The notes beneath the pieces are model-generated. The model ran no database searches. It worked only from the letters and a program-made list of their open reading frames with translations, and had not been told where the DNA came from. 64,000 bases of DNA from the sequence record OR352947.1, one strand, 5' to 3'. This document shows, piece by piece, positions 27,657 to 35,959 of the stretch. The first letter of the stretch is position 1; the number at the start of each line of letters is the position of its first letter. The DNA comes from Escherichia phage AV117. The translations under genes and the position numbers were made by a program.

Positions 27657-27870
27657 AAGGAATTTCCTCATCTGTGGCAAGGTCATATTCGACCAATTGG
27701 ATAGGCTCATTAATACCATATCCGCGTACAGTGATATCAGTTGTCGGATAGTTTCCAGTAATATCACCCGTTCTAAATGCTTCAATGAATGATTGCTCGC
27801 CTGAGCAACTAAACCAGGCGGCAAAACATTTTAAAACATCTTCAGACCCTTCTATAATCAATTTAGCCAT
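27646..27870 (-). CDS. Hypothetical acidic protein
   Basis: 74-aa ORF coupled to the GrcA-like gene. Confidence 0.45.
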   Translation of the reverse strand: MAKLIIEGSEDVLKCFAAWFSCSGEQSFIEAFRTGDITGNYPTTDITVRGYGINEPIQLVEYDLATDEEIPYVD

Positions 27871-28232
27871 TATAGACTCTCAGTAAAGGTACGAGCGATA
27901 ACATCGCGCTGCTGTTCCGGAGTCAGAGAGTTAAAGCGAACTGCATAACCTGATACACGGATGGTCAGCTGCGGATATTTTTCCGGATGCTTAACTGCAT
28001 CTTCCAGAGTTTCACGACGCAGAACGTTAACGTTCAGGTGTTGACCACCTTCAATTTTAACTTTAGGTTGATGTTCAATTTCAATTTCACGAGCATTCAA
28101 ACCGTAGAAAATTTCTGGGTCTACAATAGCGTCTTCTTTAAAAGTCTTAGAGACAATAATCCGGGCTTGAGTACCGTCTTCAAAATAAATAGTGCCTTTA
28201 TGTTCACCTTCAAGAATTTGATATGCTTTCAT
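27870..28232 (-). CDS. grcA: Autonomous glycyl radical cofactor (GrcA/YfiD-like; T4 Y06I-type)
   Basis: 120 aa; C-terminal ~60 residues ...[59 protein letters not shown] carry the glycyl-radical motif RVSGY; SD GAGGT. Confidence 0.8.
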   Translation of the reverse strand: MKAYQILEGEHKGTIYFEDGTQARIIVSKTFKEDAIVDPEIFYGLNAREIEIEHQPKVKIEGGQHLNVNVLRRETLEDAVKHPEKYPQLTIRVSGYAVRFNSLTPEQQRDVIARTFTESL

Positions 28233-28238
28233 ATAACC

Positions 28239-28547
28239 TCAATTAGAAAATAAATTTATCCAAGATTTTTCTTTAATCAAAAATGGGTCGGAATTAAACG
28301 CCATTAAACTTTGAGTGATTAATCCCTTAAATGGCCCATCAATAAATTCCATTTTGAAATGCGGAATACTAGTCATCAACCGTGCATTAGGAGCAGTACA
28401 AAGAACCTGCTGCCCTGCGAACGGACCTTTAGTCAAACGATATCGTTTAGGTTTAAAATGGTAAATCTCGTAATTTTCTACAAGAGCCCTTTTATTGCAT
28501 ACTTGGCTGTTATAACAATACTCAAAAACTTCAATAGTGGTCATCAT
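28239..28547 (-). CDS. Hypothetical protein
   Basis: Start at ATG 28547 (MMTTIEVFEYCY...), ATGA overlap with the upstream stop. Confidence 0.45.
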   Translation of the reverse strand: MMTTIEVFEYCYNSQVCNKRALVENYEIYHFKPKRYRLTKGPFAGQQVLCTAPNARLMTSIPHFKMEFIDGPFKGLITQSLMAFNSDPFLIKEKSWINLFSN

Positions 28548-29083
28548 TGCATTCCAATCACAAAAAATTGAGGACGAGCAATACCGCCGATGCAATATTT
28601 ACTTTTGCAGCAGTGCTGTACTGTTTTAATATGGACATTGTAAATCTTATCCATATCAGGAGCTTTAATAGGCTCATCAATTATATACAGAATACGAGAA
28701 AGCGTTAATCCACGGAATTTAGAACCTTCATTGCCAATAAAACTACGGACAGAATCAGTAAATAAACGGAATCGAATATCGTCGCTAGAATAACGTGAAA
28801 ATTCTTTTTCAATGTTGCCAGCAGAAATTTTAGCATAAGCTGAAGTATTAGAAAGAACAATAACTGTTCCACCGTCATACAGCCAATTAGCAGCAAAGTT
28901 AGTCACAGCAATTGATTTACCTGATTGTCTGCCACCGTCTAAACGAAGTGTACAGTACTGCTTGAGTACGTCTTCAAATGGTGGGACATAACCGTTCTTA
29001 CAAATTTCTTCTACTCTAGCATCAGAATGGTGTGTAAAAGCATTCATCAGGGATAGATAAGGTCCAGTTAAAAATGTTCTCAT
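28544..29083 (-). CDS. Hypothetical P-loop protein
   Basis: Start at ATG 29083 (MRTFLTGPYL...); Walker A-like GGRQSGKS and hhhhDE (YIIDEP). Confidence 0.5.
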   Translation of the reverse strand: MRTFLTGPYLSLMNAFTHHSDARVEEICKNGYVPPFEDVLKQYCTLRLDGGRQSGKSIAVTNFAANWLYDGGTVIVLSNTSAYAKISAGNIEKEFSRYSSDDIRFRLFTDSVRSFIGNEGSKFRGLTLSRILYIIDEPIKAPDMDKIYNVHIKTVQHCCKSKYCIGGIARPQFFVIGMQ

Positions 29084-29356
29084 ATTATTTCTCTTAAGGT
29101 TTGGGCCATTCCGTGGCACATGAATTGTCCATTTCTGTATTTACCCATTACCGCACTTGGGCTCGACCTTATTACAGGTTGGCGGGAATCCCTCATAGAA
29201 TCATGAGGTCCAGGTTGTTCCCATGTTATTTGAATGTAAATATTTTTGCCGTAATACTTATACTAGTGTGGCTTCATTAAAATTTTTTCATCGAGTCATT
29301 TCACCTCTCCAAGTAATTATGAATATACTATCACAATTTTAGGAGAAAGTAAACTG

Positions 29357-29659
29357 TTATTTACCTTTAATTACTTTAGCTGCTTCGATAGCCGCTTGCT
29401 GAAGGTCATCCATAGACATACCGAATTTAGAAGCAAAGTTATCAATTTTCCTTTCGACAGCATTCAAAGGCTTGGCCTGTTTACCTTCATTAGCGCCAGG
29501 AAGAGCGAGAATACGCTCTTTGTCAATATAAAGGCTTACAAGTTTCTTACGGTCTTTATCGGACAAATCATGAAATGAATGGGCCTTTTTATTTATAGCG
29601 GCTTCTAATTTACCTGCACTCACTCGCGCTTCAGTAATAAATTCTTGATATGTTTTCAT
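29357..29659 (-). CDS. Internal protein (IPIII-like) with capsid targeting sequence
   Basis: N-terminus MKTYQEFITE matches the T4 internal-protein CTS consensus MKTYQEFIAE. Confidence 0.65.
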   Translation of the reverse strand: MKTYQEFITEARVSAGKLEAAINKKAHSFHDLSDKDRKKLVSLYIDKERILALPGANEGKQAKPLNAVERKIDNFASKFGMSMDDLQQAAIEAAKVIKGK

Positions 29660-29685
29660 TTTTGTTCCTATTGGTTTAATTTATG

Positions 29686-30000
29686 TTATTCTTTAGGGAA
29701 GTTTTTAGAGTATGCATCATAAAGTTTATTACCGATGCGACGGAAGACTTTAGCTGCAAAACGGTTTTCAGGGTTTTTAATCATGATTTGCATCATGTAA
29801 GTTCCTGCATCCGAAAGAGCTTCTTCATAGTACCCATTAATTTCTTTAAGGGTTCTACGTTTACCACCAGGTCCATCAACAGTAATTTTCCATTTACCTG
29901 TAGAAGTGCGGCTCGGTGGTTCAACTTGTTCAATCCAAATATAACCGCCTTCAACGCGTTGGTTGGCGGATTCTGCAATAAATTCTTTATACGTTTTCAT
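29686..30000 (-). CDS. Internal protein (IPII-like) with capsid targeting sequence
   Basis: N-terminus MKTYKEFIAE; own early promoter at 30031-30060. Confidence 0.65.
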   Translation of the reverse strand: MKTYKEFIAESANQRVEGGYIWIEQVEPPSRTSTGKWKITVDGPGGKRRTLKEINGYYEEALSDAGTYMMQIMIKNPENRFAAKVFRRIGNKLYDAYSKNFPKE

Positions 30001-30030
30001 TTTTGTTTCCTTGTTTGTTTTGATAGAGTA

Positions 30031-30060
30031 ATTATACCATATTAATACTTAAGCGTAAAC
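30031..30060 (-). promoter_or_regulatory. Early promoter (GTTTAC-N18-TATAAT)
   Basis: Minus strand GTTTACgcttaagtattaatatggTATAAT, followed by SD AGGAA and ATG 30000. Confidence 0.5.
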
Positions 30061-30063
30061 AAT

Positions 30064-30324
30064 TTAAGCTTTACCGCCAGAAATAATTCCGAAGTTGTTA
30101 AAATCGTATCCAATATCGTCAACATCTACTTTAGGGCTTGCTACAACATAAGCAATTTCACTACGTTTTGCATAGGTGTTGATTTCTTTACCATCGTCAC
30201 CTAAGAAAGAATACCCATTACGTTTTAATGAGCCAAAGTCTTCCGCATCACCAATGAAAGCTTTAACTTTAAATTTAGGACCTTTGGCATCTGCGTCAAT
30301 GATAAATTCTTGATACATTTTCAT
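30064..30324 (-). CDS. Internal protein-like (CTS variant MKMYQEFIID)
   Basis: 86 aa with CTS-like N-terminus; SD AAGGA. Confidence 0.6.
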   Translation of the reverse strand: MKMYQEFIIDADAKGPKFKVKAFIGDAEDFGSLKRNGYSFLGDDGKEINTYAKRSEIAYVVASPKVDVDDIGYDFNNFGIISGGKA

Positions 30325-30330
30325 TTTTCC

Positions 30331-30744
30331 TTAGTAAATTGATTTACCATAGTATTTGTACCAAGTCGGACGTTGAGCAATTTTTTCATCTAAGCGTGCT
30401 TGACTTATCGCAATGGACGCTTCGGACGGGACATAATTATTACGAAATTCGGCAGGGATGTCGGAAATATCCTGGACTGTCGTGTCCTTGATTTTGAAAC
30501 CACGTTTCAAACATTCAGCGATTAGCTCGATTTGTCGTAAACGTAAAAATTCGAGTTTGTCGTAAAAGAATGTTACGTGACCTGTGCCTAAGATAAATGT
30601 TGGAGAGATTTTAAAATCCTTTACACGTTTACCGTTTTGAACATGTTTACGGACTGCACCAAATACGCGTGGTAATTCACGATACTCAGCCATAAGATGT
30701 TGGTCGGTCAGTTCAGAAACAAGTGTTAAATTGATACGAGTCAT
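30331..30744 (-). CDS. denV: Endonuclease V (pyrimidine dimer DNA glycosylase) DenV
   Basis: 138 aa from ATG 30744, [33 protein letters not shown]...; matches T4 DenV. Confidence 0.85.
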   Translation of the reverse strand: MTRINLTLVSELTDQHLMAEYRELPRVFGAVRKHVQNGKRVKDFKISPTFILGTGHVTFFYDKLEFLRLRQIELIAECLKRGFKIKDTTVQDISDIPAEFRNNYVPSEASIAISQARLDEKIAQRPTWYKYYGKSIY

Positions 30745-30802
30745 AATTTCCTCCAAGTAGTTGATGAATGTATAGTATCAAAACCCTTGGAGGAAGTAAA
30801 CA

Positions 30803-31084
30803 CTATTTTTCTGAAGCGCCCGAAATATATTTTTCAAGACGTTGTTTCATCAGCGAGCCGTTCTTAGCGATTTCTTCCGGTTTATCGCACATGCGCAACA
30901 AGGCTTCAAGCTTAACGATATCACTGGTACGTTCAAATTTGCGAGTATCTATCTTACTAGCAAGTTCAGAAATACGTGCTAATAGACTTTCAGCTTCAAC
31001 CAAAGCTGCACCTAGCTTAGTCGCAAATGTGTCAGTAGCTTCGTTAAGAATAGATTCTGATAAAAATTCACTATATGTTTTCAT
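30803..31084 (-). CDS. Internal protein-like (CTS variant [10 protein letters not shown])
   Basis: Start at ATG 31084, overlapping the gene e stop (ATGA); CTS-like N-terminus. Confidence 0.55.
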   Translation of the reverse strand: MKTYSEFLSESILNEATDTFATKLGAALVEAESLLARISELASKIDTRKFERTSDIVKLEALLRMCDKPEEIAKNGSLMKQRLEKYISGASEK

Positions 31085-31569
31085 ATATACGCTTTCCAAG
31101 TTCCTGTTTTAAATGTTGAGATTACGCGTTTCGCTCGATTAGGTGTCTGACGATACCATTTAGATTGGGCTAGATTTACTGCCGCTTCATCCCAACGTTT
31201 CTGTTGAAGCATACGAAGAGAATTAGTAAAACCAGCGACGCCTGCTACACCCATTTGGAAGACCATATTGACCAATGCACATCGACGAACTGCATCTAAA
31301 GAATCATATACCGGTTTAAGTTTAGCATTACCCAAGATTCCGCGAACAGCTTTATCAACGTCTTCATTAAATAACTTTTCAGCCTCATCAAGGGTAATTG
31401 TACCGTTGCATTTACGTCCGATCATTCTGTCAAGTTCAGCTTTAGCTACGGTTAAAGACGGGTTCTTTGTTACTAAATGACCTATGCCAATCGTCCAAAA
31501 GCCTTCAGTGTCTTTGTATAAAGACAGTCTAAGACCTTCGTCATTACGAAGCATTTCAAATATATTCAT
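31081..31569 (-). CDS. e: Endolysin (T4 lysozyme)
   Basis: 162 aa from ATG 31569, [32 protein letters not shown]... with catalytic E11/D20; SD GGAGGTATT. Confidence 0.9.
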   Translation of the reverse strand: MNIFEMLRNDEGLRLSLYKDTEGFWTIGIGHLVTKNPSLTVAKAELDRMIGRKCNGTITLDEAEKLFNEDVDKAVRGILGNAKLKPVYDSLDAVRRCALVNMVFQMGVAGVAGFTNSLRMLQQKRWDEAAVNLAQSKWYRQTPNRAKRVISTFKTGTWKAYI

Positions 31570-31571
31570 AA

Positions 31572-31595
31572 TACCTCCCACGTTTATAGGAGGTA
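31572..31595 (-). promoter_or_regulatory. Hairpin sequestering the gene e Shine-Dalgarno (translational control)
   Basis: Minus strand UACCUCC-uauaaacgug-GGAGGUA-uu-AUG; the 7-bp stem pairs the SD; an AT-rich AATAAATA box sits just upstream. Confidence 0.5.
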
Positions 31596-31603
31596 TTTAT
31601 TAC

Positions 31604-32062
31604 TTATAGGATGGTAGTGAGCACCTTATATAATGATTTGCCCATTACATATTCCCATTGAGAAGGTTTAATTAAAGCGAATGCATCAAATTCAGGAATC
31701 TGTCGTCCGTCTTGGAACGTATGATAGGAATTACAAACACTGTTTCTGAATTGCTCGTGCTCTACAGGGATGGTATATAGGAACAGATGAATATTCTTAT
31801 TGTCTGAGTAACGATGTTCACCTAGGTCTTTCAGGAAGGCAGGGTCATATTGTGTAAACCCAGTTTCTTCTTCGCATTCACGAATAGCGGCTTCGATAGG
31901 AGATTCACCTGGCTCGACACGGCCTTTAGGAATATCCCACCGATGAGCTAAAGAACCTTTAGGACGAGAACCAGTTACACGCCCCATGAATAATTCTTTA
32001 TCTTCGGTAAGGAAAATAATACCGGCTGATAGTTCTTTCACTTTATTTTTCTTACTCATCAT
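31604..32062 (-). CDS. nudE: Nudix hydrolase NudE
   Basis: Nudix box GRVEPGESPIEAAIRECEEETG; start at ATG 32062 with SD AGGAATTTGAG. Confidence 0.75.
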   Translation of the reverse strand: MMSKKNKVKELSAGIIFLTEDKELFMGRVTGSRPKGSLAHRWDIPKGRVEPGESPIEAAIRECEEETGFTQYDPAFLKDLGEHRYSDNKNIHLFLYTIPVEHEQFRNSVCNSYHTFQDGRQIPEFDAFALIKPSQWEYVMGKSLYKVLTTIL

Positions 32063-32550
32063 CTCAAATTCCTGCATTCGGTAATAAAACGTTCAACTTC
32101 ATTATTCTTGGCCTTTATCTTGTCTTTACGTTCCTGTAAACTACTTTTAACAAGATTAATAATGATGGCGGCGGTACCGCCGCCAATGATGCCACCAACA
32201 ACACTTATGATACTAGATGCTAATAAGATAGCAATAATATCAACAAAACCGAAAGAACTCACCTTAGTACTGAAAAACCATATAGATGGTACAAATATAA
32301 TCCATCCTGTTATCCATTGGCACTTATTGAAAAACCTTTCAAGCTCAGCTTGAGTTGTTCGTATTACTTCATCGATAGGTTGATATCCATTAATGTATCT
32401 GTTCACGATAATACCTGCTGGCTGGTCGATTTTAAATTCTTGGCAAATATGTTTCACTAAGTAGGATGGACAGGATGTCCAATCTACTGAATAGTATGAA
32501 ATACCTTCATTGCCATCGTCTATATTAGACCAATATGTTTTGTTAATCAT
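32059..32550 (-). CDS. Hypothetical membrane protein with C-terminal FITECR motif
   Basis: 163 aa; two TM helices; C-terminus ...EVERFITECRNLR. Confidence 0.5.
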   Translation of the reverse strand: MINKTYWSNIDDGNEGISYYSVDWTSCPSYLVKHICQEFKIDQPAGIIVNRYINGYQPIDEVIRTTQAELERFFNKCQWITGWIIFVPSIWFFSTKVSSFGFVDIIAILLASSIISVVGGIIGGGTAAIIINLVKSSLQERKDKIKAKNNEVERFITECRNLR

Positions 32551-33236
32551 TACCAGCCTTCCATAGGGAATTCCAGATAAACTTGAGCATTGACACGAAT
32601 TTCATTGGTAATCTTTTTAACTCGGTCTGTATTACGAGATACACGTCCGAACCAACGCCATCCATTACTAATTGCACGAGAACCAGTGTGCCATGTTTGC
32701 CAATCAAACTGAAGAAGAGTACGATCTGGAGCTTCCCATTTCTCTAGTTCACCTTTTTCGATTTTTTCGAGGACTTCTTTGTGCCACTGGCGATAGATAA
32801 GTTCGCCATCAGGAATCTGACTGAACTCTGCAGTTCCTGTTGCAAAATGAGTAGGACACACATCAGCGTTAACAAGACCAAGAATATGTTCAGAATGGTA
32901 ACGAGGGTTGTCATAGTCAGGTTGTCCTGCAGTAATAAAGTGTTGACCAACTGGAATATCAGGGCGTGGTACGTCATCATGGTGATAGCCTGGGATTGCA
33001 GGATACCAACCAGGCATCAGCATGTGGACTCGTGAATCAAATACAACCTGGTCGGTGTTCCAATCATCCGGCAAGTTCATAATGAAAGAGCGAGTAATAG
33101 GACCGCCATTATTATAAGCAAATTCTAAACTACAGTTGAAGAACATAGGCTCGTTCTTGATTTTATCATTAGAAATACCGCCAGCAAAACCACCTACTGC
33201 ACGAGCTTGACTATTAAACACTTTAGAACTATTCAT
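32550..33236 (-). CDS. Hypothetical protein
   Basis: 228-aa ORF rich in His/Asp/Trp (HHDD, HFATG); no confident family assignment. Confidence 0.5.
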   Translation of the reverse strand: MNSSKVFNSQARAVGGFAGGISNDKIKNEPMFFNCSLEFAYNNGGPITRSFIMNLPDDWNTDQVVFDSRVHMLMPGWYPAIPGYHHDDVPRPDIPVGQHFITAGQPDYDNPRYHSEHILGLVNADVCPTHFATGTAEFSQIPDGELIYRQWHKEVLEKIEKGELEKWEAPDRTLLQFDWQTWHTGSRAISNGWRWFGRVSRNTDRVKKITNEIRVNAQVYLEFPMEGW

Positions 33237-33237
33237 A

Positions 33238-33543
33238 TTATTTTCCTCGACATTCTTTAATGAAATTTTCTAGATTGGTAGATTCAATAGCTTTTTTACG
33301 AGCTTCTGCGTGTTCTTCTTCGGACAATTTACGTTTATAATTGACCCAGACATTATGGTCGAAACCAGTCGTGGCATATAATAACAATGCTCCAACGAAT
33401 AGCAAAAACGGCGATAAGAATACAAAACCAGGAACACCATCCATATCGTAAGCCTTTTGTAATACTGCAACAGAAAGAGCTACGTAAAAAGGTGATGCAA
33501 GTATTGTTAAAAGACCAATTCGGTTGGTTTCTGTTAATTTCAT
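33238..33543 (-). CDS. Hypothetical membrane protein with C-terminal FIKECR motif
   Basis: 101 aa; two TM helices; ...NLENFIKECRGK; SD GAGGAGAATATT. Confidence 0.5.
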   Translation of the reverse strand: MKLTETNRIGLLTILASPFYVALSVAVLQKAYDMDGVPGFVFLSPFLLFVGALLLYATTGFDHNVWVNYKRKLSEEEHAEARKKAIESTNLENFIKECRGK

Positions 33544-33569
33544 AATATTCTCCTCAAGTTGATAGGACT

Positions 33570-33599
33570 ACTATAACATAGCCCTATCAGTTTGTACAC
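33570..33599 (-). promoter_or_regulatory. Early promoter in palindrome GATAGGACT/AGCCCTATC
   Basis: TATAGT -10 inside the inverted repeat; -35-like GTGTAC. Confidence 0.45.
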
Positions 33600-33800
33600 T
33601 TATTTTGACATTTCTTCGATGTCACGACGATACCCATCACGAACTTCACGAAGAGCTTCAAGGCCACACATAGGCTCGATACCAGTAATGTGAACTTGAT
33701 TAATCTGATACTCTACATCTTCTAACTGAGCGAAAACATAACGACGTTCTGCTGCACAACCAGGTTTAGCTTTACCGAAACGTTTATTCAAAGTAGTCAT
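33600..33800 (-). CDS. Hypothetical protein
   Basis: Start at ATG 33800 (MTTLNKRFGK...) with SD GGAGATATAAAA; ORF-track start is GTG. Confidence 0.45.
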   Translation of the reverse strand: MTTLNKRFGKAKPGCAAERRYVFAQLEDVEYQINQVHITGIEPMCGLEALREVRDGYRRDIEEMSK

Positions 33801-33838
33801 TTTTATATCTCCATTCACTCATTTGTTTTGATAGGTCT

Positions 33839-33868
33839 ATAGTATCAACAACTACAGACCTTGTAAAC
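33839..33868 (-). promoter_or_regulatory. Early promoter (GTTTAC-N18-TACTAT) with inverted repeat AGGTCT/AGACCT
   Basis: Minus strand GTTTACaaggtctgtagttgttgaTACTATagacctatc. Confidence 0.5.
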
Positions 33869-33881
33869 AGTTTTTGCGAAA

Positions 33882-34838
33882 TTATTTGAAAGGTTTTACC
33901 ATATGAAAGTTTTGTTTGAAACGCTTGACGTAATCGTCATGTCCTAAGCTTTGGTACATACTTACTACTTTGCTATAATTTTCCCAAGCGAACTCACGGA
34001 ACCAACCGGAGGTGATGCTTGTGCAGACTTTTTCTAATGCCATCATGAAACTGGCTTCAGGGTTAATTTCAAAGTTATTAGGAATCTGAGAACGTTCTAA
34101 CGCTAGTACACATGATTCTTCGTATACACCGGCCAATTTGACCATTTCTGGTAACGATTCGAACTTCTCGCGTGAGGTCATGACTTCAGAACCGTCTTTC
34201 ATGTAAAACGTATATGCTGGACGGTCTGTTAGTGCAATGGCTTCATGAATAGTATCATGGTCATATGTATAGATATCATCTTTAAAGAACGCACTTTTAG
34301 AAGTGTCAAGAACTGGGTGAGCATAGTTCAAGGTTTCTTTCTGGCGTTTCAGCATAATTTCAGTAAGTTCATCGTTCAGTATAACACCTTTACCACGAAG
34401 ATACTGAATATGGTTCATAGTCTTTAAAAAGAATGGATTATTTTTCTTGAAACGATGAGACATCTTAATTGCAAGGCACATCTCAGGAGTTGCCCAGTAA
34501 AACCCGTTCAAACGGTCTTTAGTCAAATTTTTCTTGGCGTATTTTAAAAGGTCATAAGAAGACGTGAAATCTTCAGGAGTGAGTTCACCGACCAATTCAC
34601 GGACATTAGTGATTGCCGGAACAATATATGCTTCAAAATGAGTTTCGCGTCCATTATGGAAGCATTTGAAAACTTGGACATCAGGGTTATCTTGATGAAC
34701 ATATACACCCATCATTTGATTTTTAAATGCATTCCAAGAACTTTGGTCTGCAATAAAGTCCCAATCACTATTTTTGATAGCGTTAGAATCAATAAGACCG
34801 TGATAGTGAAGTGCACGAGAACCAATAACTAACATCAT
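33882..34838 (-). CDS. Hypothetical protein, possible nucleotidyltransferase fold
   Basis: 318 aa; N-terminal VIGSRALHYHG...SDWDFIA resembles the hG[GS]...[DE]h[DE]h signature; weak evidence. Confidence 0.5.
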   Translation of the reverse strand: MMLVIGSRALHYHGLIDSNAIKNSDWDFIADQSSWNAFKNQMMGVYVHQDNPDVQVFKCFHNGRETHFEAYIVPAITNVRELVGELTPEDFTSSYDLLKYAKKNLTKDRLNGFYWATPEMCLAIKMSHRFKKNNPFFLKTMNHIQYLRGKGVILNDELTEIMLKRQKETLNYAHPVLDTSKSAFFKDDIYTYDHDTIHEAIALTDRPAYTFYMKDGSEVMTSREKFESLPEMVKLAGVYEESCVLALERSQIPNNFEINPEASFMMALEKVCTSITSGWFREFAWENYSKVVSMYQSLGHDDYVKRFKQNFHMVKPFK

Positions 34839-34862
34839 AATATTTTCCTCGGATTAATTAAC

Positions 34863-35102
34863 TTAAATTTCACGACATGCGATATTATATTCATCCCAGA
34901 GGTCATCGTGTGAAGCCTCTACCAATGGAACGATTGTACCATTTATATCTTCATTATAAGGGCAAATTGTACAATGTGCATCTTCGAATCGGATGCCTTT
35001 GTGTTCAGATTTTTTATAACGCATATCGAATATCTTTGCAAACTTTTCACGAGTAATGGTTTTAGCAACCACTTCGGTTCCAACACTTTCATAATAAATC
35101 AT
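34863..35102 (-). CDS. Hypothetical protein
   Basis: Start at ATG 35102 (MIYYESVG...) with SD GGAG. Confidence 0.45.
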   Translation of the reverse strand: MIYYESVGTEVVAKTITREKFAKIFDMRYKKSEHKGIRFEDAHCTICPYNEDINGTIVPLVEASHDDLWDEYNIACREI

Positions 35103-35130
35103 TGTGGACTCCATTTAATTTGATAGGACT

Positions 35131-35160
35131 ACTATAACATAGTCCTATCTTGTTGTAAAC
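35131..35160 (-). promoter_or_regulatory. Early promoter (GTTTAC-N18-TATAGT) in palindrome GATAGGACT/AGTCCTATC (near-identical copy at 41861-41890)
   Basis: Minus strand GTTTACaacaagataggactatgtTATAGTagtcctatc. Confidence 0.5.
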
Positions 35161-35164
35161 TGTT

Positions 35165-35362
35165 TTAGCAAGAATAACTAGATGATACCCAGCCTTGAAC
35201 AGTGATACTATTGTGGGATAATGAGATCGCGTCCTGGAGATTCAGACCTGCGTTATCTTCAATCCATAACGTAACTTCTTCGCGTTCTTCTGTTGCAATT
35301 TGGAACAGGTTTTCCAGAGCAGCTACTGCCGTACGTACAGCACAATCTAATTCACGAGACAT
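35165..35362 (-). CDS. Small protein, C-terminal GWVSSSYSC (paralogue family of three)
   Basis: 65 aa; shares the terminal W-[VI]-[SA]-S-S-x-x-C motif with 35372-35644 and 35654-35959. Confidence 0.5.
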   Translation of the reverse strand: MSRELDCAVRTAVAALENLFQIATEEREEVTLWIEDNAGLNLQDAISLSHNSITVQGWVSSSYSC

Positions 35363-35371
35363 ATGGTTTCC

Positions 35372-35644
35372 TTAACAAGTGTGAGAAGATGCGATCCAAC
35401 CACCAGTTTCGAGGCTCAGGTTGTAGTCGTATTGGTAAACGTCGGCCCATTCAGCATAGCCATTTTTTGTACAACGTTCAAGATCGGCTTTAAGTTGTCC
35501 GGGTGAATGATAGGTTCCACCCATACCATAAGCTGGACACAAGTCGAATGATGTGTTTTGTTTATCAGCAATTTCTTTGGCAGCCTCAATAGCTGCATAG
35601 ATTTTTGCTACAGCTTCAGCCAGTTCGGTTTGTTCTTTAGACAT
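35372..35644 (-). CDS. Small protein, C-terminal GWIASSHTC (paralogue family)
   Basis: 90 aa; internal similarity to the next paralogue (KIADQ / G.GGTY). Confidence 0.5.
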   Translation of the reverse strand: MSKEQTELAEAVAKIYAAIEAAKEIADKQNTSFDLCPAYGMGGTYHSPGQLKADLERCTKNGYAEWADVYQYDYNLSLETGGWIASSHTC

Positions 35645-35653
35645 AGTGATTCC

Positions 35654-35959
35654 TTAGCACAACGCAGAAGACGAAACCCAAGCACCTTCAGTAATAATGT
35701 AACCATTACCTTCACGCTTAACATCGCCACCATTATTTTCAATTTCATCTTTCATCCACTGGGATACGATTTCACCCTTAGGATAATAAGTACGACCACT
35801 ACCATAATCACCTACAGAAAATGATACGGCATATTGGTCTGCGATCTTTGTTGCTTCTTCTTCGATACGTTCAGCTTGATTCAGAAGTTTATAAATTGCA
35901 TCTGAAGCGGATTTGGCATCATTAAACTCTGGTACTTTAATTTCAATAATCTTACTCAT
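35654..35959 (-). CDS. Small protein, C-terminal AWVSSSALC (paralogue family)
   Basis: 101-aa ORF. Confidence 0.5.
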   Translation of the reverse strand: MSKIIEIKVPEFNDAKSASDAIYKLLNQAERIEEEATKIADQYAVSFSVGDYGSGRTYYPKGEIVSQWMKDEIENNGGDVKREGNGYIITEGAWVSSSALC

